Assembly: GCA_036278895.1 (NCBI GenBank)
Contig: DASUKE010000035.1
Coordinates: 15,433 to 79,432, forward strand
DNA length: 64,000 bases
Direction: 5' to 3'
DNA from: Gemmatimonadaceae bacterium
GTDB lineage: Bacteria; Gemmatimonadota; Gemmatimonadetes; Gemmatimonadales; Gemmatimonadaceae
This document shows positions 46,571 through 56,276 of the stretch, one piece after another (the first letter of the stretch is position 1; each line of letters starts with the position of its first letter). Both the position numbers and the translations under genes were made by a program. The notes below the pieces were generated by a model, which was not told where the DNA came from, searched no databases, and worked only from the letters and a program-made list of their open reading frames with translations.

Positions 46571-47140
46571 TCACCGCCGCGACGCGGCGGCGACGCTCTG
46601 CGTGGGGTCCGCCCCCTCCCAGCTCACATCCGCCGTGGGGCCGTAGGTAGACGGCACGGCGCGGCCGAGCAGCTTGAGGTAGACGGTGAGCTGGGTGCGG
46701 TGGTGCGCCGTGTGCAGCAGGCGTCGCCAGAAGATCCAGGCGCGCTGGCGCTCCACGTCGAAGAAGGGGACGCGCTCCAGCCACCATGACTCGCGCTGCG
46801 CCGCCAGGAATGGAAGCCGATGGCGCGCAAGCTCGGCCAGCCGTGCCGATGCGTTCGCCACGGTGAGGGGCTCGGGCAGCACCTCGCCGGCCGGCAGTTC
46901 GGGCGCGCCGAGGAACTCGCCGAAGAAGCGTCGTTCGGAGAGCAGCTGGTGTTTCAGGATCTCGCCCACCGTGCTTGCGCGGGGGCGCGGACAGTAGCCG
47001 AGGTCCGCATCCGTGAGGCACGTCCACACGGAGTGCACCTTGTTGGTTTCACTCGCGTACGAATCCAGCATGTGCTGCGCGAAGGGAAACGACGCGCGCG
47101 GAATCTCCGCGTCGCCAATCTCGGTGTGTGCGTATCGCAT
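46571..47140 (-). CDS. DinB-family (damage-inducible, four-helix-bundle) protein
   Basis: ATG 47140 is preceded by GGAGGGAAG. Motifs: ILKHQLLSERRFF and LLHTAHHRTQLTVYLKLLG (His triad pattern). Confidence 0.75.
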   Translation of the reverse strand: MRYAHTEIGDAEIPRASFPFAQHMLDSYASETNKVHSVWTCLTDADLGYCPRPRASTVGEILKHQLLSERRFFGEFLGAPELPAGEVLPEPLTVANASARLAELARHRLPFLAAQRESWWLERVPFFDVERQRAWIFWRRLLHTAHHRTQLTVYLKLLGRAVPSTYGPTADVSWEGADPTQSVAAASRR

Positions 47141-47304
47141 GGCTTCCCTCCGTCTGGCGGTATCCCGTGTCCGGCCTCGTTCTCCGGTGTTACCCTCGTC
47201 CCAGGGAGAATAACCATGACTACCGTGACTCCGCTCCGCCTGCGCGGTCGCGGCCCGGGCGAATGCGCAGCGCCAGGATCACCGCGCCGCGATTATGCGG
47301 GGCG

Positions 47305-49941
47305 CTATTGAAGAATCGAGCGGGGATCTACCGCCGTCGCGCGGTGCGCCGGCAGATACGCCGCCGCCGCGCCAACGAGCAGGATGAACAGCGCCGCGCC
47401 GGCGAGCACGCCGGGATCCAGCGGCTGCACGTGAAACACCATTGAAGCCATGACCCGCGAGAGCGCGAGCGCTCCACCGACGCCGATCATCACGCCCGCC
47501 ACGGCGACCACGAGCCCCTGACGCAGTACCAGTCGCCGGATCGCGCCGCGATCGGCGCCCAGCGCCATGCGCACGCCGAACTCGCGCGAGCGGAGCTTCA
47601 CCGAGTACGACAGCGCACCGAAGAGTCCGAGCGCGGCGAGCAGCAGCGCGATCGCCGCGAAGCTCGCAAGCACGATGAGCGTGAGCCTGCGCTGCGCCGT
47701 TCCCGCGCCGATCGCATCCGCCATGGTCATCGGCCGGTACAGCACCAGCGCCGGATCCATCGCGGCAATCGTTCGGCGAATCGCCGGCAACAGCGCCTCC
47801 GGTGATCCCGATGTGGACACCACCTGCGTGAGCGCCCAGTTGCGATCGCCGACAAACTGGGCGTGCGCGTGATACACCGTGGGCGCGACGCGCCCCTCGA
47901 CGTCGAGCGCCACGTCGGCGACGACACCGATCACCTCCCAGTCGAATCCGCCGGTGCGCAGCCGCTGCCCGATCGGATCGACACCGGGAAAGAGCTGCGC
48001 CGCAGCGGTGGTGCTCACGACTGCGCGGCGCGGCACGGACGCGTCGTCACGCGCGTCGAAGGCGCGACCCTCGAGCACCGGAATGCCGGCGGCCTTGAAA
48101 TATTCGCCGGACACCACGCGCTGCTGCGCGCCGATGCCGCCGTGCTCCTTCCCCGCGTTCGGACCGGTGAGCGGCGTGGTGCCCCAAACGTGATACGGGC
48201 CGGTTGCGGGCAGCCGGGTGATGCCGCCAGCCGCGCGCACGCCCCGCAACTGCTCGATGTTCGTGGTCACGTCCTCGTAGAATCGCGCTCGCGCCGTGAA
48301 ATCGTAGCGCGCCTCCGGCAGGTGCAGCTCGAACACCAGCGCCTGATCGGGCTTCACGCCCAGGTCCAGCGAGCGCAGCCGGTGGAAGCTCACGATGAGC
48401 AGCCCCGCGCCAACGAGCAGCACGAACGCCAGCGCCACCTGCGCCACCACGAGACCGGAGCGGACGTGCCGCTGGCCTTGCGCTCCCGCAAGTGCGCGTC
48501 CCTCGGCGCGCAGCGCGTCAATGGGCTGCGCGCGTGCGGCGCGCAGTGCAGGCAGGAGACCGAACACGAGTGCACTCGCCGTGGCTACCGCGAGCGAGAA
48601 CCAGAGGATGCCCGGATTCATGGTGAGCGCATCGAGCCGCGGCACCGATCCCGCGCCCAGCGTGACGATGGCGGACATCGCCAGGCGCGCGAGCACCAGG
48701 CCCGCGATCTCGCCCGCGACCGCAAGCACCAGGCACTCGATGAGCATCTGCCGCACCAGCCGTCCGCGCATGCCGCCCAGCGCGGCGCGCAGCGCGAATT
48801 CGTGCGAGCGCGCCGAGCCGCGCACGAGGAGCAGCGTGGCGACATTCACGCAGACGAGCAGCAGTACCAGTCCCACCGCACCGAGCATCAGCTTCAGTGA
48901 ACGGCTCGCCGGTGCGACGACGTCCTCCTTGAGCGAATAGAGCGAGGCGCGCATGTCACTGGCGTCCGCGTACTGGCGCGCGAGCGTCGCGCCCAGCGCG
49001 TCGAGCTCCGCCTGCGCGCGAGCCAGCGTGACGCCCGGGCGCAACCGCCCGATCACGTCGAGGTAGTGATTGTCGACATTGCTGGCATCGAGCCCCGGTC
49101 GCAGATCCAGCGGCACCCACGCCGCCACCCCCGGCGCCATCGGATCGGTGTACCCGGCCGGCATGACGCCCACGACGGTGAACGGCGTACCGCTCATGAC
49201 GAGCGCCTGCCCCACCGCGCCAGGATTGCCGTGGTAGAGGCGCTCCCAGAGATCGTGGCTCAGAATCACGGAGGGCGCGCCGTTCTCCTCATTCTCCTCG
49301 AAGCCGCGGCCGAGCACCGGCTGCGCGCGCAGCACGTCGAAGTAGTCGGCGCTCACTGGCAGCACCTGGATGCGCTCGGGGCGATCGCCGCCGGTCAGAT
49401 CCTCGCCCGTGGTGCTGTACGTGAGCACCGCCGCCAGATGCTCGAACGACGAGAGCGATCTGCGATACGCGAGAAAGTGCACGGGCGTGACGACGCCGCG
49501 ATCGCCGGGTTTGGTCGCGCCGTGCTGATAGAGGCGCACGAGGCGGCCGGGCTCCTGATACGGCAGTGGCTGGAGCAGCACCGTATCGACGGCACTGAAC
49601 ACCGCCGTGGTCCCGCCAATGCCGAGCGCCAGCGTGAGGATGACGACGAGCGCGAAGCCCGGGCTGCGGGCGAGCGTGCGGACGGCATATGAGACGTCGC
49701 GCAGCGAGTCATCGAGGAGGCGCGTGCCGCGTGCATCGCGCACGTCCTCCTTGGTGCGCTCCACGCCGCCCAGCGCCAACCGGCTCTGTCGGTCGACGTC
49801 GGTCGCGGCCGCACCGCCGGCGCGGCGCGCGTCGGCCTCCATGGCGAGGTGGAAGCGCAGCTCCTCGTCGAGCTCGCGCTCCTCGCGCCCACGCAGGATC
49901 ACGCTGCAGAACCGCGCCCAGAGATCGGAGAGCGTGCTCAT
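47305..49941 (-). CDS. ADOP-family duplicated MacB/FtsX-like permease (878 aa)
   Basis: ATG 49941 overlaps the PadR stop (ATGA). The characteristic N-terminus is MSTLSDLWARFCSVILRGREERELDEELRFHLAME...DVSYAVRTLARSPGFALV. The C-terminus is YLPAHRATAVDPRSILQ. Confidence 0.9.
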   Translation of the reverse strand: MSTLSDLWARFCSVILRGREERELDEELRFHLAMEADARRAGGAAATDVDRQSRLALGGVERTKEDVRDARGTRLLDDSLRDVSYAVRTLARSPGFALVVILTLALGIGGTTAVFSAVDTVLLQPLPYQEPGRLVRLYQHGATKPGDRGVVTPVHFLAYRRSLSSFEHLAAVLTYSTTGEDLTGGDRPERIQVLPVSADYFDVLRAQPVLGRGFEENEENGAPSVILSHDLWERLYHGNPGAVGQALVMSGTPFTVVGVMPAGYTDPMAPGVAAWVPLDLRPGLDASNVDNHYLDVIGRLRPGVTLARAQAELDALGATLARQYADASDMRASLYSLKEDVVAPASRSLKLMLGAVGLVLLLVCVNVATLLLVRGSARSHEFALRAALGGMRGRLVRQMLIECLVLAVAGEIAGLVLARLAMSAIVTLGAGSVPRLDALTMNPGILWFSLAVATASALVFGLLPALRAARAQPIDALRAEGRALAGAQGQRHVRSGLVVAQVALAFVLLVGAGLLIVSFHRLRSLDLGVKPDQALVFELHLPEARYDFTARARFYEDVTTNIEQLRGVRAAGGITRLPATGPYHVWGTTPLTGPNAGKEHGGIGAQQRVVSGEYFKAAGIPVLEGRAFDARDDASVPRRAVVSTTAAAQLFPGVDPIGQRLRTGGFDWEVIGVVADVALDVEGRVAPTVYHAHAQFVGDRNWALTQVVSTSGSPEALLPAIRRTIAAMDPALVLYRPMTMADAIGAGTAQRRLTLIVLASFAAIALLLAALGLFGALSYSVKLRSREFGVRMALGADRGAIRRLVLRQGLVVAVAGVMIGVGGALALSRVMASMVFHVQPLDPGVLAGAALFILLVGAAAAYLPAHRATAVDPRSILQ

Positions 49942-50288
49942 GCCGTGGCGGGGATGACGTTCGCGCGGAGAATGTCGTTCACCGCGGAGGACGCGCGGTG
50001 CCATGAGGCGCGCTCCTGCTCGAGGCGGCGTGCGCCGGCCGCGGTGAGCGCGTAGTAGCGCGCGCGCCGGTTGTTCTCGGTGATGCGCCACGAGGACGTG
50101 ATCCAGCCGCGCCGTTTCATGCGTACGAGCGCCGGATACAACGATCCCTGGGTGACGAGGAAGACGTCGTGCGAGAGCTGCTCGATGCGCTGCGCGATGC
50201 CCCAGCCGTGCATCGGCTCCAGCGCGAGCGTCTTGAGCACCAGCATTTCCAGCGTGCCCTGCACCAGCTCCGACCGCGTGTCCGCCAC
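49938..50288 (-). CDS. PadR-family transcriptional regulator (ADOP-associated subtype)
   Basis: GTG 50288 has AAGGAG 8 nt upstream; the track start 50330 is also possible. The sequence reads LVQGTLEMLVLKTLALEPMHGWGIAQRIEQLS...QGSLYPALVRMKRRGWI...RRARYYALTAAG. Confidence 0.85.
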   Translation of the reverse strand: MADTRSELVQGTLEMLVLKTLALEPMHGWGIAQRIEQLSHDVFLVTQGSLYPALVRMKRRGWITSSWRITENNRRARYYALTAAGARRLEQERASWHRASSAVNDILRANVIPATA

Positions 50289-50399
50289 CGCAGCCCGCTC
50301 CTTCAGGTGAACTGAAGGAACAGAATACACTGGCTTCTTCAGACTGTCAACAGGAGGGGCCGGCTCCGGCGGCGATCACGAGAGAGCGCTGGTGGCGGA

Positions 50400-50795
50400 T
50401 CAGTCCTGTGGCTTCGCCGGACGCCCCACCGGAATGCGCTTGTCCGCTCTGCCCTTCACATACGCATATACGGCCTTGATCTGGTCAGCGGTCATGATCT
50501 CCTTGAAGGCGGGCATGCCGCGATTCGCGCGACCATCTCTCACGACCGCCGTGAATTTCTCCTGCGTGTCGATGGGCCCTCCCGCAGCCAGCGACGTGAG
50601 GAGGTGGGCCGCGACCGGATTTCCGACTACGTCCTGCCCATGACAGCGGGCGCACTGCACGCCGTACTGGCGCCAGCCTTCGTACTCCAACCCGGTGACC
50701 TTCACAGCCGACGGCTTCTTCTGCGCGACGGCTCGCTCCACGCCCGTCGAGAGAAGCAGCGCGAGCGGCAACGTCAGCAATGTTGAACGCATCAT
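50400..50795 (-). CDS. Secreted c-type cytochrome
   Basis: Signal peptide, CARCHG haem-binding motif and a distal GMPAF Met ligand region. The start overlaps the upstream stop (ATGA at 50792-50795). Confidence 0.85.
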   Translation of the reverse strand: MMRSTLLTLPLALLLSTGVERAVAQKKPSAVKVTGLEYEGWRQYGVQCARCHGQDVVGNPVAAHLLTSLAAGGPIDTQEKFTAVVRDGRANRGMPAFKEIMTADQIKAVYAYVKGRADKRIPVGRPAKPQD

Positions 50796-52198
50796 CTCAC
50801 CTCTCTTCCAAGATAGATCACGCGCCAGACGCGGCCGCGCACATCGTCCGCGATGTACAGCGCGCCTTCGGGTCCCACGGCCACTCCCGCCGGGCGATGC
50901 GCGGCCTGTCCCGGCTGCTTGTTCGCCCCGGCAAATCCATCGGCGAACAGCTCCTGCGGCGCACTTGCGCTGTCATGACTGAAGGGCACGAAGGCCACGA
51001 GATAGCCCTGTTGCGGCAGCGGCGCACGGTTCCACGAGCCGTGGAACGCGATGAACGCGCCGCCCTGATATCGCGCCGGAAACATGTTCCCCGTGTAGAA
51101 CGCGAGTCCCAGCGGCGCCCAGTGCGCCGGGAAGAACGTCACCGGCGCGCGTTTCGATGCGCACATGCCCTGCTTCGCACCATCGCCGCCGTACTCGGGC
51201 GCCAGCACGAGCTGCTTCTTCGCGCCGTCATAGTAGCAGTAGGGCCAGCCGTAGTCACTGCCCTGCACCACGTGCATCAGCTCCTCCGCGGGCAGCTCGG
51301 CGCTCTGCTGTGCCGTGTACAGCTTCGGCCAGTTGCTGGAGAGCTGGTCGCGGCCGTGCATGGTGGAGAACACGGCGCCGGAGGGCGCAATCGCGATGCC
51401 ATCGGCGTTGCGGATGCCGGTCGCATAGCGCTCCGCGGCGGAGAACTTCTGTCCGGTGCGCGTCGCGCTGAACTTCCAGATGCCGCCCCGCGTCTCGAGC
51501 TCCGTGCACGGCTGGTGACCGGGCGACCGCAGTGTACGATTCTTCTCCTGACACGAATTGGTGGCCGAGCCGAGGTCGACGAACATGTCGCCCGCCGCAT
51601 CGATGGCGAAGGGGTGCATCGGGTGGTCGCCCGTGAGCGGCAGACCGGAGACGATCACCGCCGCCGATCCCGCGGGCGCAATGCCCGACGATGGGAGTGT
51701 GTAGCGCACGATGCGGTCACTTTCCTCGGCGTAGAGCGATCCCGCGTGCAGCCCGATGCCGGTGCCGCCATGTCCGCCCTGCTGCGCGCTCGGACCGAAG
51801 CGCGTGATGACATCGGCACGTCCGTCGCCCGACGTGTCCTGCAGCGCGACGAGAAATCCGCCGGGGTGCGGCGTACCATTCCCGTAGTAGTTCCCGCTCC
51901 ACGTATTCACGTACACCACGCCGTTGGGCGCGACGACGAGATGCCGTGCATGGCCCAGGCTGTCCGCGAACACCGTCGCGCAGAATCCCGCCGGCAGCGT
52001 GAGACCGCCGTTGTCGGCCGCGCACGCCGCTTTCGTGGGAGCGGCGGCAGTGGTCGTCGCGGAGTCGCTCGCCTTCGCCGGCGCGCGCGATTCACCCTTG
52101 GTGCATGCCGCCATCGCGGCAACCGCGCCGAGCAGCACCGTGGCCGCCCGGGCGCGGTGGATCATATCCGAAGTCGTCAGCATCATCGCCATGGCCAT
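50792..52198 (-). CDS. PQQ-dependent sugar (glucose/sorbosone) dehydrogenase-family beta-propeller lipoprotein
   Basis: ATG 52198 (MAMAMMLTTSDMIHRARAATVLLGAVAAMAAC). Motifs: LTLPAGFCATVFAD, ATGIRNADGIAIAP, GSDYGWPYCY, FHGSWNR, PAGVAVGPEGALYIADD. Confidence 0.8.
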   Translation of the reverse strand: MAMAMMLTTSDMIHRARAATVLLGAVAAMAACTKGESRAPAKASDSATTTAAAPTKAACAADNGGLTLPAGFCATVFADSLGHARHLVVAPNGVVYVNTWSGNYYGNGTPHPGGFLVALQDTSGDGRADVITRFGPSAQQGGHGGTGIGLHAGSLYAEESDRIVRYTLPSSGIAPAGSAAVIVSGLPLTGDHPMHPFAIDAAGDMFVDLGSATNSCQEKNRTLRSPGHQPCTELETRGGIWKFSATRTGQKFSAAERYATGIRNADGIAIAPSGAVFSTMHGRDQLSSNWPKLYTAQQSAELPAEELMHVVQGSDYGWPYCYYDGAKKQLVLAPEYGGDGAKQGMCASKRAPVTFFPAHWAPLGLAFYTGNMFPARYQGGAFIAFHGSWNRAPLPQQGYLVAFVPFSHDSASAPQELFADGFAGANKQPGQAAHRPAGVAVGPEGALYIADDVRGRVWRVIYLGREVR

Positions 52199-53193
52199 GT
52201 CCAGAGTTCGAATTCGTTCGCAACCGCCGACACGATCCCCACCCGTCCGTGCTGCTCGTCCATGCTCACGTCCGCCGGAACGACTTCGAGATGGCCGATG
52301 CGCCGCACCAGCCGGTTGCTGTCGAGCGTCGAGACACTGGAGTCGTTCCAGCTCGTGATGAGAATGCGTCCGCCGCGCTCGATCTCGATCCCGTCGAATC
52401 TGCCCTTCCCTCTCGTGATTTCCACGGGCCCGGGCTGCCCGACCCGCCACTCCTGTATGGATATTCCGCCAAAGGGCGCCAGCACGAACCGGCGACCGTT
52501 GGCATCCCATGCAATGCCATCCGGCATGGCGAGCGATGGCGTATCCAGCGCCACCGTCACCTGGTGTCCACGACTGATCCTGAAGATGCGATCCGGACCC
52601 GTGTGCGTGCTCTTCCCGTCCGGCGCGACGCTCATGCCGGTGTCCGTAATGTAGATGCTGCCGTCCGCCGCGAAGGTGAGATCGTTGAGAAAATGGCCGT
52701 GCGCCTGCGGAACATCAATCTCGGCGAGCGCCTTGCCCGTGCGCGTGTCAAAGGCGCGCAGCGCATCCACATCCAGCACCCAGAGCGTGTCGCCCCGGAT
52801 CCGCGACCCCATGGGGGCGTTGAGCACGACGTTGTTCCGCCCGCCCTTGATGAAGTGCAGGCTGTCGAGCTTTCCGTCCGCGGTGATGCGGGTAATGAAT
52901 CCGCTGTCGTTCTGTACGCCGAACGGTCCGTTCGCGTTGCTCACGAAATAGAAGTGCGTGCGCGGATCGTACGAGAGGGCTTCCGGCACGCTGAGCCCCT
53001 GCACGACGGCCAGCCGCCTGGGCTGCGAGTCGGCGCCCGCCGCACGGGCGAGTGCCGCGAGCGCCCCGGCACGCCGCGGTGCCGCCGCCAGCAGAACGGA
53101 AACCGTCGCCAGCGCAGCGCATCCTGTTGCCATGATCGCCGCGCGGCGCGCGAACCGGCGCGACCCGGCGGCGGACTGCGTGCCGCGATGCAT
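52183..53193 (-). CDS. Secreted six-bladed beta-propeller protein (SMP-30/gluconolactonase/LRE- or NHL-like)
   Basis: ATG 53193 is in frame with the over-extended track ORF 52183..53697. A Tat/Sec-like N-terminus is present (SRRFARRAAIMATGCAALATV). Repeated motifs: ..PEALSYDP.., ..LNDLTFAADGSIYITD.., ..PDGIAWD.., ..FDGIEIE... Confidence 0.6.
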   Translation of the reverse strand: MHRGTQSAAGSRRFARRAAIMATGCAALATVSVLLAAAPRRAGALAALARAAGADSQPRRLAVVQGLSVPEALSYDPRTHFYFVSNANGPFGVQNDSGFITRITADGKLDSLHFIKGGRNNVVLNAPMGSRIRGDTLWVLDVDALRAFDTRTGKALAEIDVPQAHGHFLNDLTFAADGSIYITDTGMSVAPDGKSTHTGPDRIFRISRGHQVTVALDTPSLAMPDGIAWDANGRRFVLAPFGGISIQEWRVGQPGPVEITRGKGRFDGIEIERGGRILITSWNDSSVSTLDSNRLVRRIGHLEVVPADVSMDEQHGRVGIVSAVANEFELWTWPWR

Positions 53194-53294
53194 GATGTGC
53201 TCTCCGAATCGAGTGGTCACGGGACCGAGCAGGCTCCGCGCGGGAGAGGCGCAACAGTCATGCCCGCCGGCACTCCCGCGACCGGCCACCCCGC

Positions 53295-53366
53295 GCCCAT
53301 CGCGACCGGCTACCTCGGGCCCATCGCGACCGGCCACCTCGGGCCCATCGCGACCCGCTACTGGGC
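53295..53366. repeat. 24-bp tandem repeat x3 (GCCCATCGCGACCGGCYACCTCGG)
   Basis: Units start at 53295, 53319 and 53343. The third unit runs into the stop codon (53358-53360) of the mechanosensitive-channel gene. Confidence 0.8.
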
Positions 53367-55382
53367 CGTCGTATCCTGCGGCAAGTTCATGGTCACCTGC
53401 GACTCCCCGGCCACGGCATCGTGCAGCGTCTTCACCATGAGCTGGTCGTTGGCCGCCGCGCGGTCGGGCAGCACCGGATAGCGCACGGTGAACTCGAAGC
53501 CGGTGTCCGTGTAGCGCACATCCACACGCGGCTCGGGCGAGGTCGTCTCGAAGTCCACCAGCCGCTGCACCGCGGCGTGCTGCGCGTCGATCGTCTCCTT
53601 GTATGTGCCGTAGACCGATTCGGCGGCCGCCTGCAGCCGCTCCTGCACGGCGCGCACATCCGTCGTGGGCGCGAGCGTGAGCGTCACCGAGTGCCATACG
53701 TACTCGGCGCCGGGGATCTGCTTGAACAGCGCCTCGGGCTTGAACAGCACCGCGTTCGACAGCACGACGATGCGCCCCGTGGGCTGCAGCTCCGGACCGG
53801 ACAGCTCCATCACGTACAGACGGATCAATCCGATTTCCACCACGCGGCCCGTCACGCCGGCGAGCGTGATGCGATCGCCCAGTCGCACGCCGTAGCGCCC
53901 GATGAGAAAGAAGTACGCGACGACGGCCAGGATCACGTTCTGCAGCGCCACCGCGATGCCCGCGGTGAGGAAGCCCACGTAGGTGGCCAGCGAGCCGATT
54001 TCCGAGACGAATCCGAGAAAGAGGATGACGAGCAGCGCGATCGCGACGGCCACGCGCCGCAGCAGGAGAAACTGGCGGCGGCGGCGTGTGTCGTGCAGGT
54101 ACTTGAAGGTGGCGCGACGCCAGAATTCCGAGATGAGCAGCACCAGCGCGATGCAGAGCGCGAGCACCGCGGCGCGGAAGGCAATGTTGCGCGCGACCTC
54201 GAGCGCGCGCTCGCTGAAGGTCGTGCTCAGTGCCGCCAGCGTACCGCGCGCATCATCCATCGTGATGTCCTGTTCGCTGAGCGGAACCAGCACGGTGGAC
54301 AGCTTCCGGAACTGCGCCGTGGCGGTCTCGGTCTGGCGCTGCGCCACGACACTCGCGCCGGTACTGGTCGATAGCGTATCGGCCATGCTGGTGCGGACCA
54401 GCGTGCTCACCTGGCGGCCCACGGCGCGACGCAGGCTGTCCAGCTCGCCCGACAGCCTGTCGGTCGTCTTGATCGCGTCGTCCACCTGCCGGCGCGTGGC
54501 GCGCAGGGAGAACCATTCGCTGGCCAGCGGGATGAGACCCGCAGACGACGGGCGGATGGCCACGGTGGAGGAGACGGACGCGTTGCTGGCGGGTGACGGT
54601 ACGCTGACGCTCGCACCGGTGTCGGCCGTCCCGGTGCGACCCGCCGTTTCGCGCGACGCCGAGGCCGCGCTGCGCGTCTCGGGCACCGTGCGTTGCAGGT
54701 CGGCGATCTGCGTGGCGAGCGACGCGGCGCCGCCGCCCGCGGACGTTGATCGTGCCGCGAACTGCTGGAGTTGCACGACCGTCTTCTGTACTTCCAGGGT
54801 GAGGTCGAGCGAGGCCTGTACCTGCGCCCGACGCGTGGTGAGCGAGTCCCGCGTTCGCGCGCGTGCACTCGCGATCTCGGTGTCGAGCTCCTTCACCCGC
54901 GACTGCAGCGCGGACGCGCGCGCGGCGAGGCGTGCTCTCGTGCGCGCCATGCGCGCCGCGTCATCGGATGAGTCCGGCGGCGCGCTTCCGGCGACAGCTG
55001 CACCGGGTCCGAGCACGGAGGCAGCGGCGTTGCTGAAATAAAAGGCGAACTGAACGGCCGCGATGGACGACTGTCGCAGGCGCTCGCGATCCACTTCGTC
55101 ATCGGCCAGCCCGGATGACTGGCCCAGCGCGGTCAACTGGCGATACCAGTCCACCGTTCGGGTGAGGTGCTCAAGAACCTGTGTTCCCGTCACCGAACCC
55201 AGCGGCGGCGCGGGAGCCGCTGGAGTCTGCGCAACGGCCGCCGGGAAAATGCCGGCGGCCGCGAGCAGGATGGCGAGACGCGCAACGAGAGCGAAACGGA
55301 TACGAGGCCTGCGCGATAGGGACGCTGGCACGAGCGACGAACGAGCTACGGAAATGTCGCCACCCCCCGGGTCCTTGTCCAC
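53358..55382 (-). CDS. Mechanosensitive ion channel (MscS-family, MscK-like long form)
   Basis: GTG 55382. A signal-like N-terminus and a long coiled-coil periplasmic region are followed by TM helices and the MscS core GDRITLAGVTGRVVEIGLIRLYVMEL. Confidence 0.85.
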   Translation of the reverse strand: MDKDPGGGDISVARSSLVPASLSRRPRIRFALVARLAILLAAAGIFPAAVAQTPAAPAPPLGSVTGTQVLEHLTRTVDWYRQLTALGQSSGLADDEVDRERLRQSSIAAVQFAFYFSNAAASVLGPGAAVAGSAPPDSSDDAARMARTRARLAARASALQSRVKELDTEIASARARTRDSLTTRRAQVQASLDLTLEVQKTVVQLQQFAARSTSAGGGAASLATQIADLQRTVPETRSAASASRETAGRTGTADTGASVSVPSPASNASVSSTVAIRPSSAGLIPLASEWFSLRATRRQVDDAIKTTDRLSGELDSLRRAVGRQVSTLVRTSMADTLSTSTGASVVAQRQTETATAQFRKLSTVLVPLSEQDITMDDARGTLAALSTTFSERALEVARNIAFRAAVLALCIALVLLISEFWRRATFKYLHDTRRRRQFLLLRRVAVAIALLVILFLGFVSEIGSLATYVGFLTAGIAVALQNVILAVVAYFFLIGRYGVRLGDRITLAGVTGRVVEIGLIRLYVMELSGPELQPTGRIVVLSNAVLFKPEALFKQIPGAEYVWHSVTLTLAPTTDVRAVQERLQAAAESVYGTYKETIDAQHAAVQRLVDFETTSPEPRVDVRYTDTGFEFTVRYPVLPDRAAANDQLMVKTLHDAVAGESQVTMNLPQDTTAQ

Positions 55383-55537
55383 ACGTCGCTCTGGTCTCGC
55401 CGCGTCGCGAGCGCGACCGGTGCAGCGCGCCGGCGATCGAGGAGCGTACCGCGCGCCGGCGATCGGCGGGACAGGATTTCAGGGAAATCCGAGCTTGCGT
55501 GGTTCCGGGCAGCCTGCTCCAGCCCTGCTAACGGCTG

Positions 55538-55682
55538 GACAGGATTTCAGGATTGACAGGATTCACACCGATTCTCACGGCGCCGTTCCCAAAGCAGTTG
55601 TCGTCGTTCAGCGAACGGACTGAAATTTTGAGTCTCGGCTCCCAACAATCCTGTTCATCCTGTCAATCCTGTAAATCCTGTC
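55538..55682 (+). repeat. Inverted-arm repeat element, copy 3 (145 bp)
   Basis: The sequence reads GACAGGATTTCAGGATTGACAGGATTCACACCGATT-CTCACGGCGCCGTTCCCAAAGCAGTTGTCGTCGTTCAGCGAACGGACTGAAATTTTGAGTCTCGGCTCCCAAC-AATCCTGTTCATCCTGTCAATCCTGTAAATCCTGTC, followed by ATTTTTTTG. Arm fragments also occur at 55470-55490 and 55706-55715. Confidence 0.85.
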
Positions 55683-55750
55683 ATTTTTTTGTCTGTTGGT
55701 TGCGCAAATCCTGTCAGCTACACGAAGCAAAGCCCGGTGTCCGCTACCTG

Positions 55751-56236
55751 TCACTCACAGGACTGAACAGGCTCGACAGCATTCGCGACCTGGGAAATCG
55801 TCGGCAGAACGATGGACTGTTCTGGTGATGGCGATACGTCCTGCAGAGCCTGTCGTGATGTCCGCGAACGATACGTGTGCACTTTCCTCTGAAATTGCAG
55901 CGACGCTGAGCCGAAGTTGAAAAGTAACCCAACCTCCATGCGCGTCGCGGCGAGGTAGTTGACGAGTTGGGCACCGTGAGCTGGCCCCAGCGTCTGAACT
56001 GACTTGATCTCCACGAGGACACAGCCAGCCACCACCATATCGGCCACGAAATTGCCGACGACCACGCCGTCATACTGCACCCGAATCCTGCGGGCGCATT
56101 GCACGGGAAGAGTCGCCTTCCGCAATTCATGCGCGAGCGCATTCTGATACACCGACTCGAGAAACCCCGACCCGAGTTTCCGATGCACCATCATCGCACA
56201 ACCAATGATGGCCCGTGTCACGTCCTCATGCTCCAT
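55751..56236 (-). CDS. GxxExxY protein (PD-(D/E)XK nuclease superfamily) with C-terminal read-through tail
   Basis: ATG 56236 is preceded by AGGAGG. The sequence reads IIGCAMMVHRKLGSGFLESVYQNALAHEL...VADMVVAGCVLVEIKSV...HGAQLVNYLAATRMEVGLLFNFG. The track start 56275 is over-extended. About 35 extra C-terminal residues exceed the usual family length. Confidence 0.85.
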   Translation of the reverse strand: MEHEDVTRAIIGCAMMVHRKLGSGFLESVYQNALAHELRKATLPVQCARRIRVQYDGVVVGNFVADMVVAGCVLVEIKSVQTLGPAHGAQLVNYLAATRMEVGLLFNFGSASLQFQRKVHTYRSRTSRQALQDVSPSPEQSIVLPTISQVANAVEPVQSCE

Positions 56237-56276
56237 CAATCCCTCCTGCATGCACCCTCCACTGACACCGCCCAAT

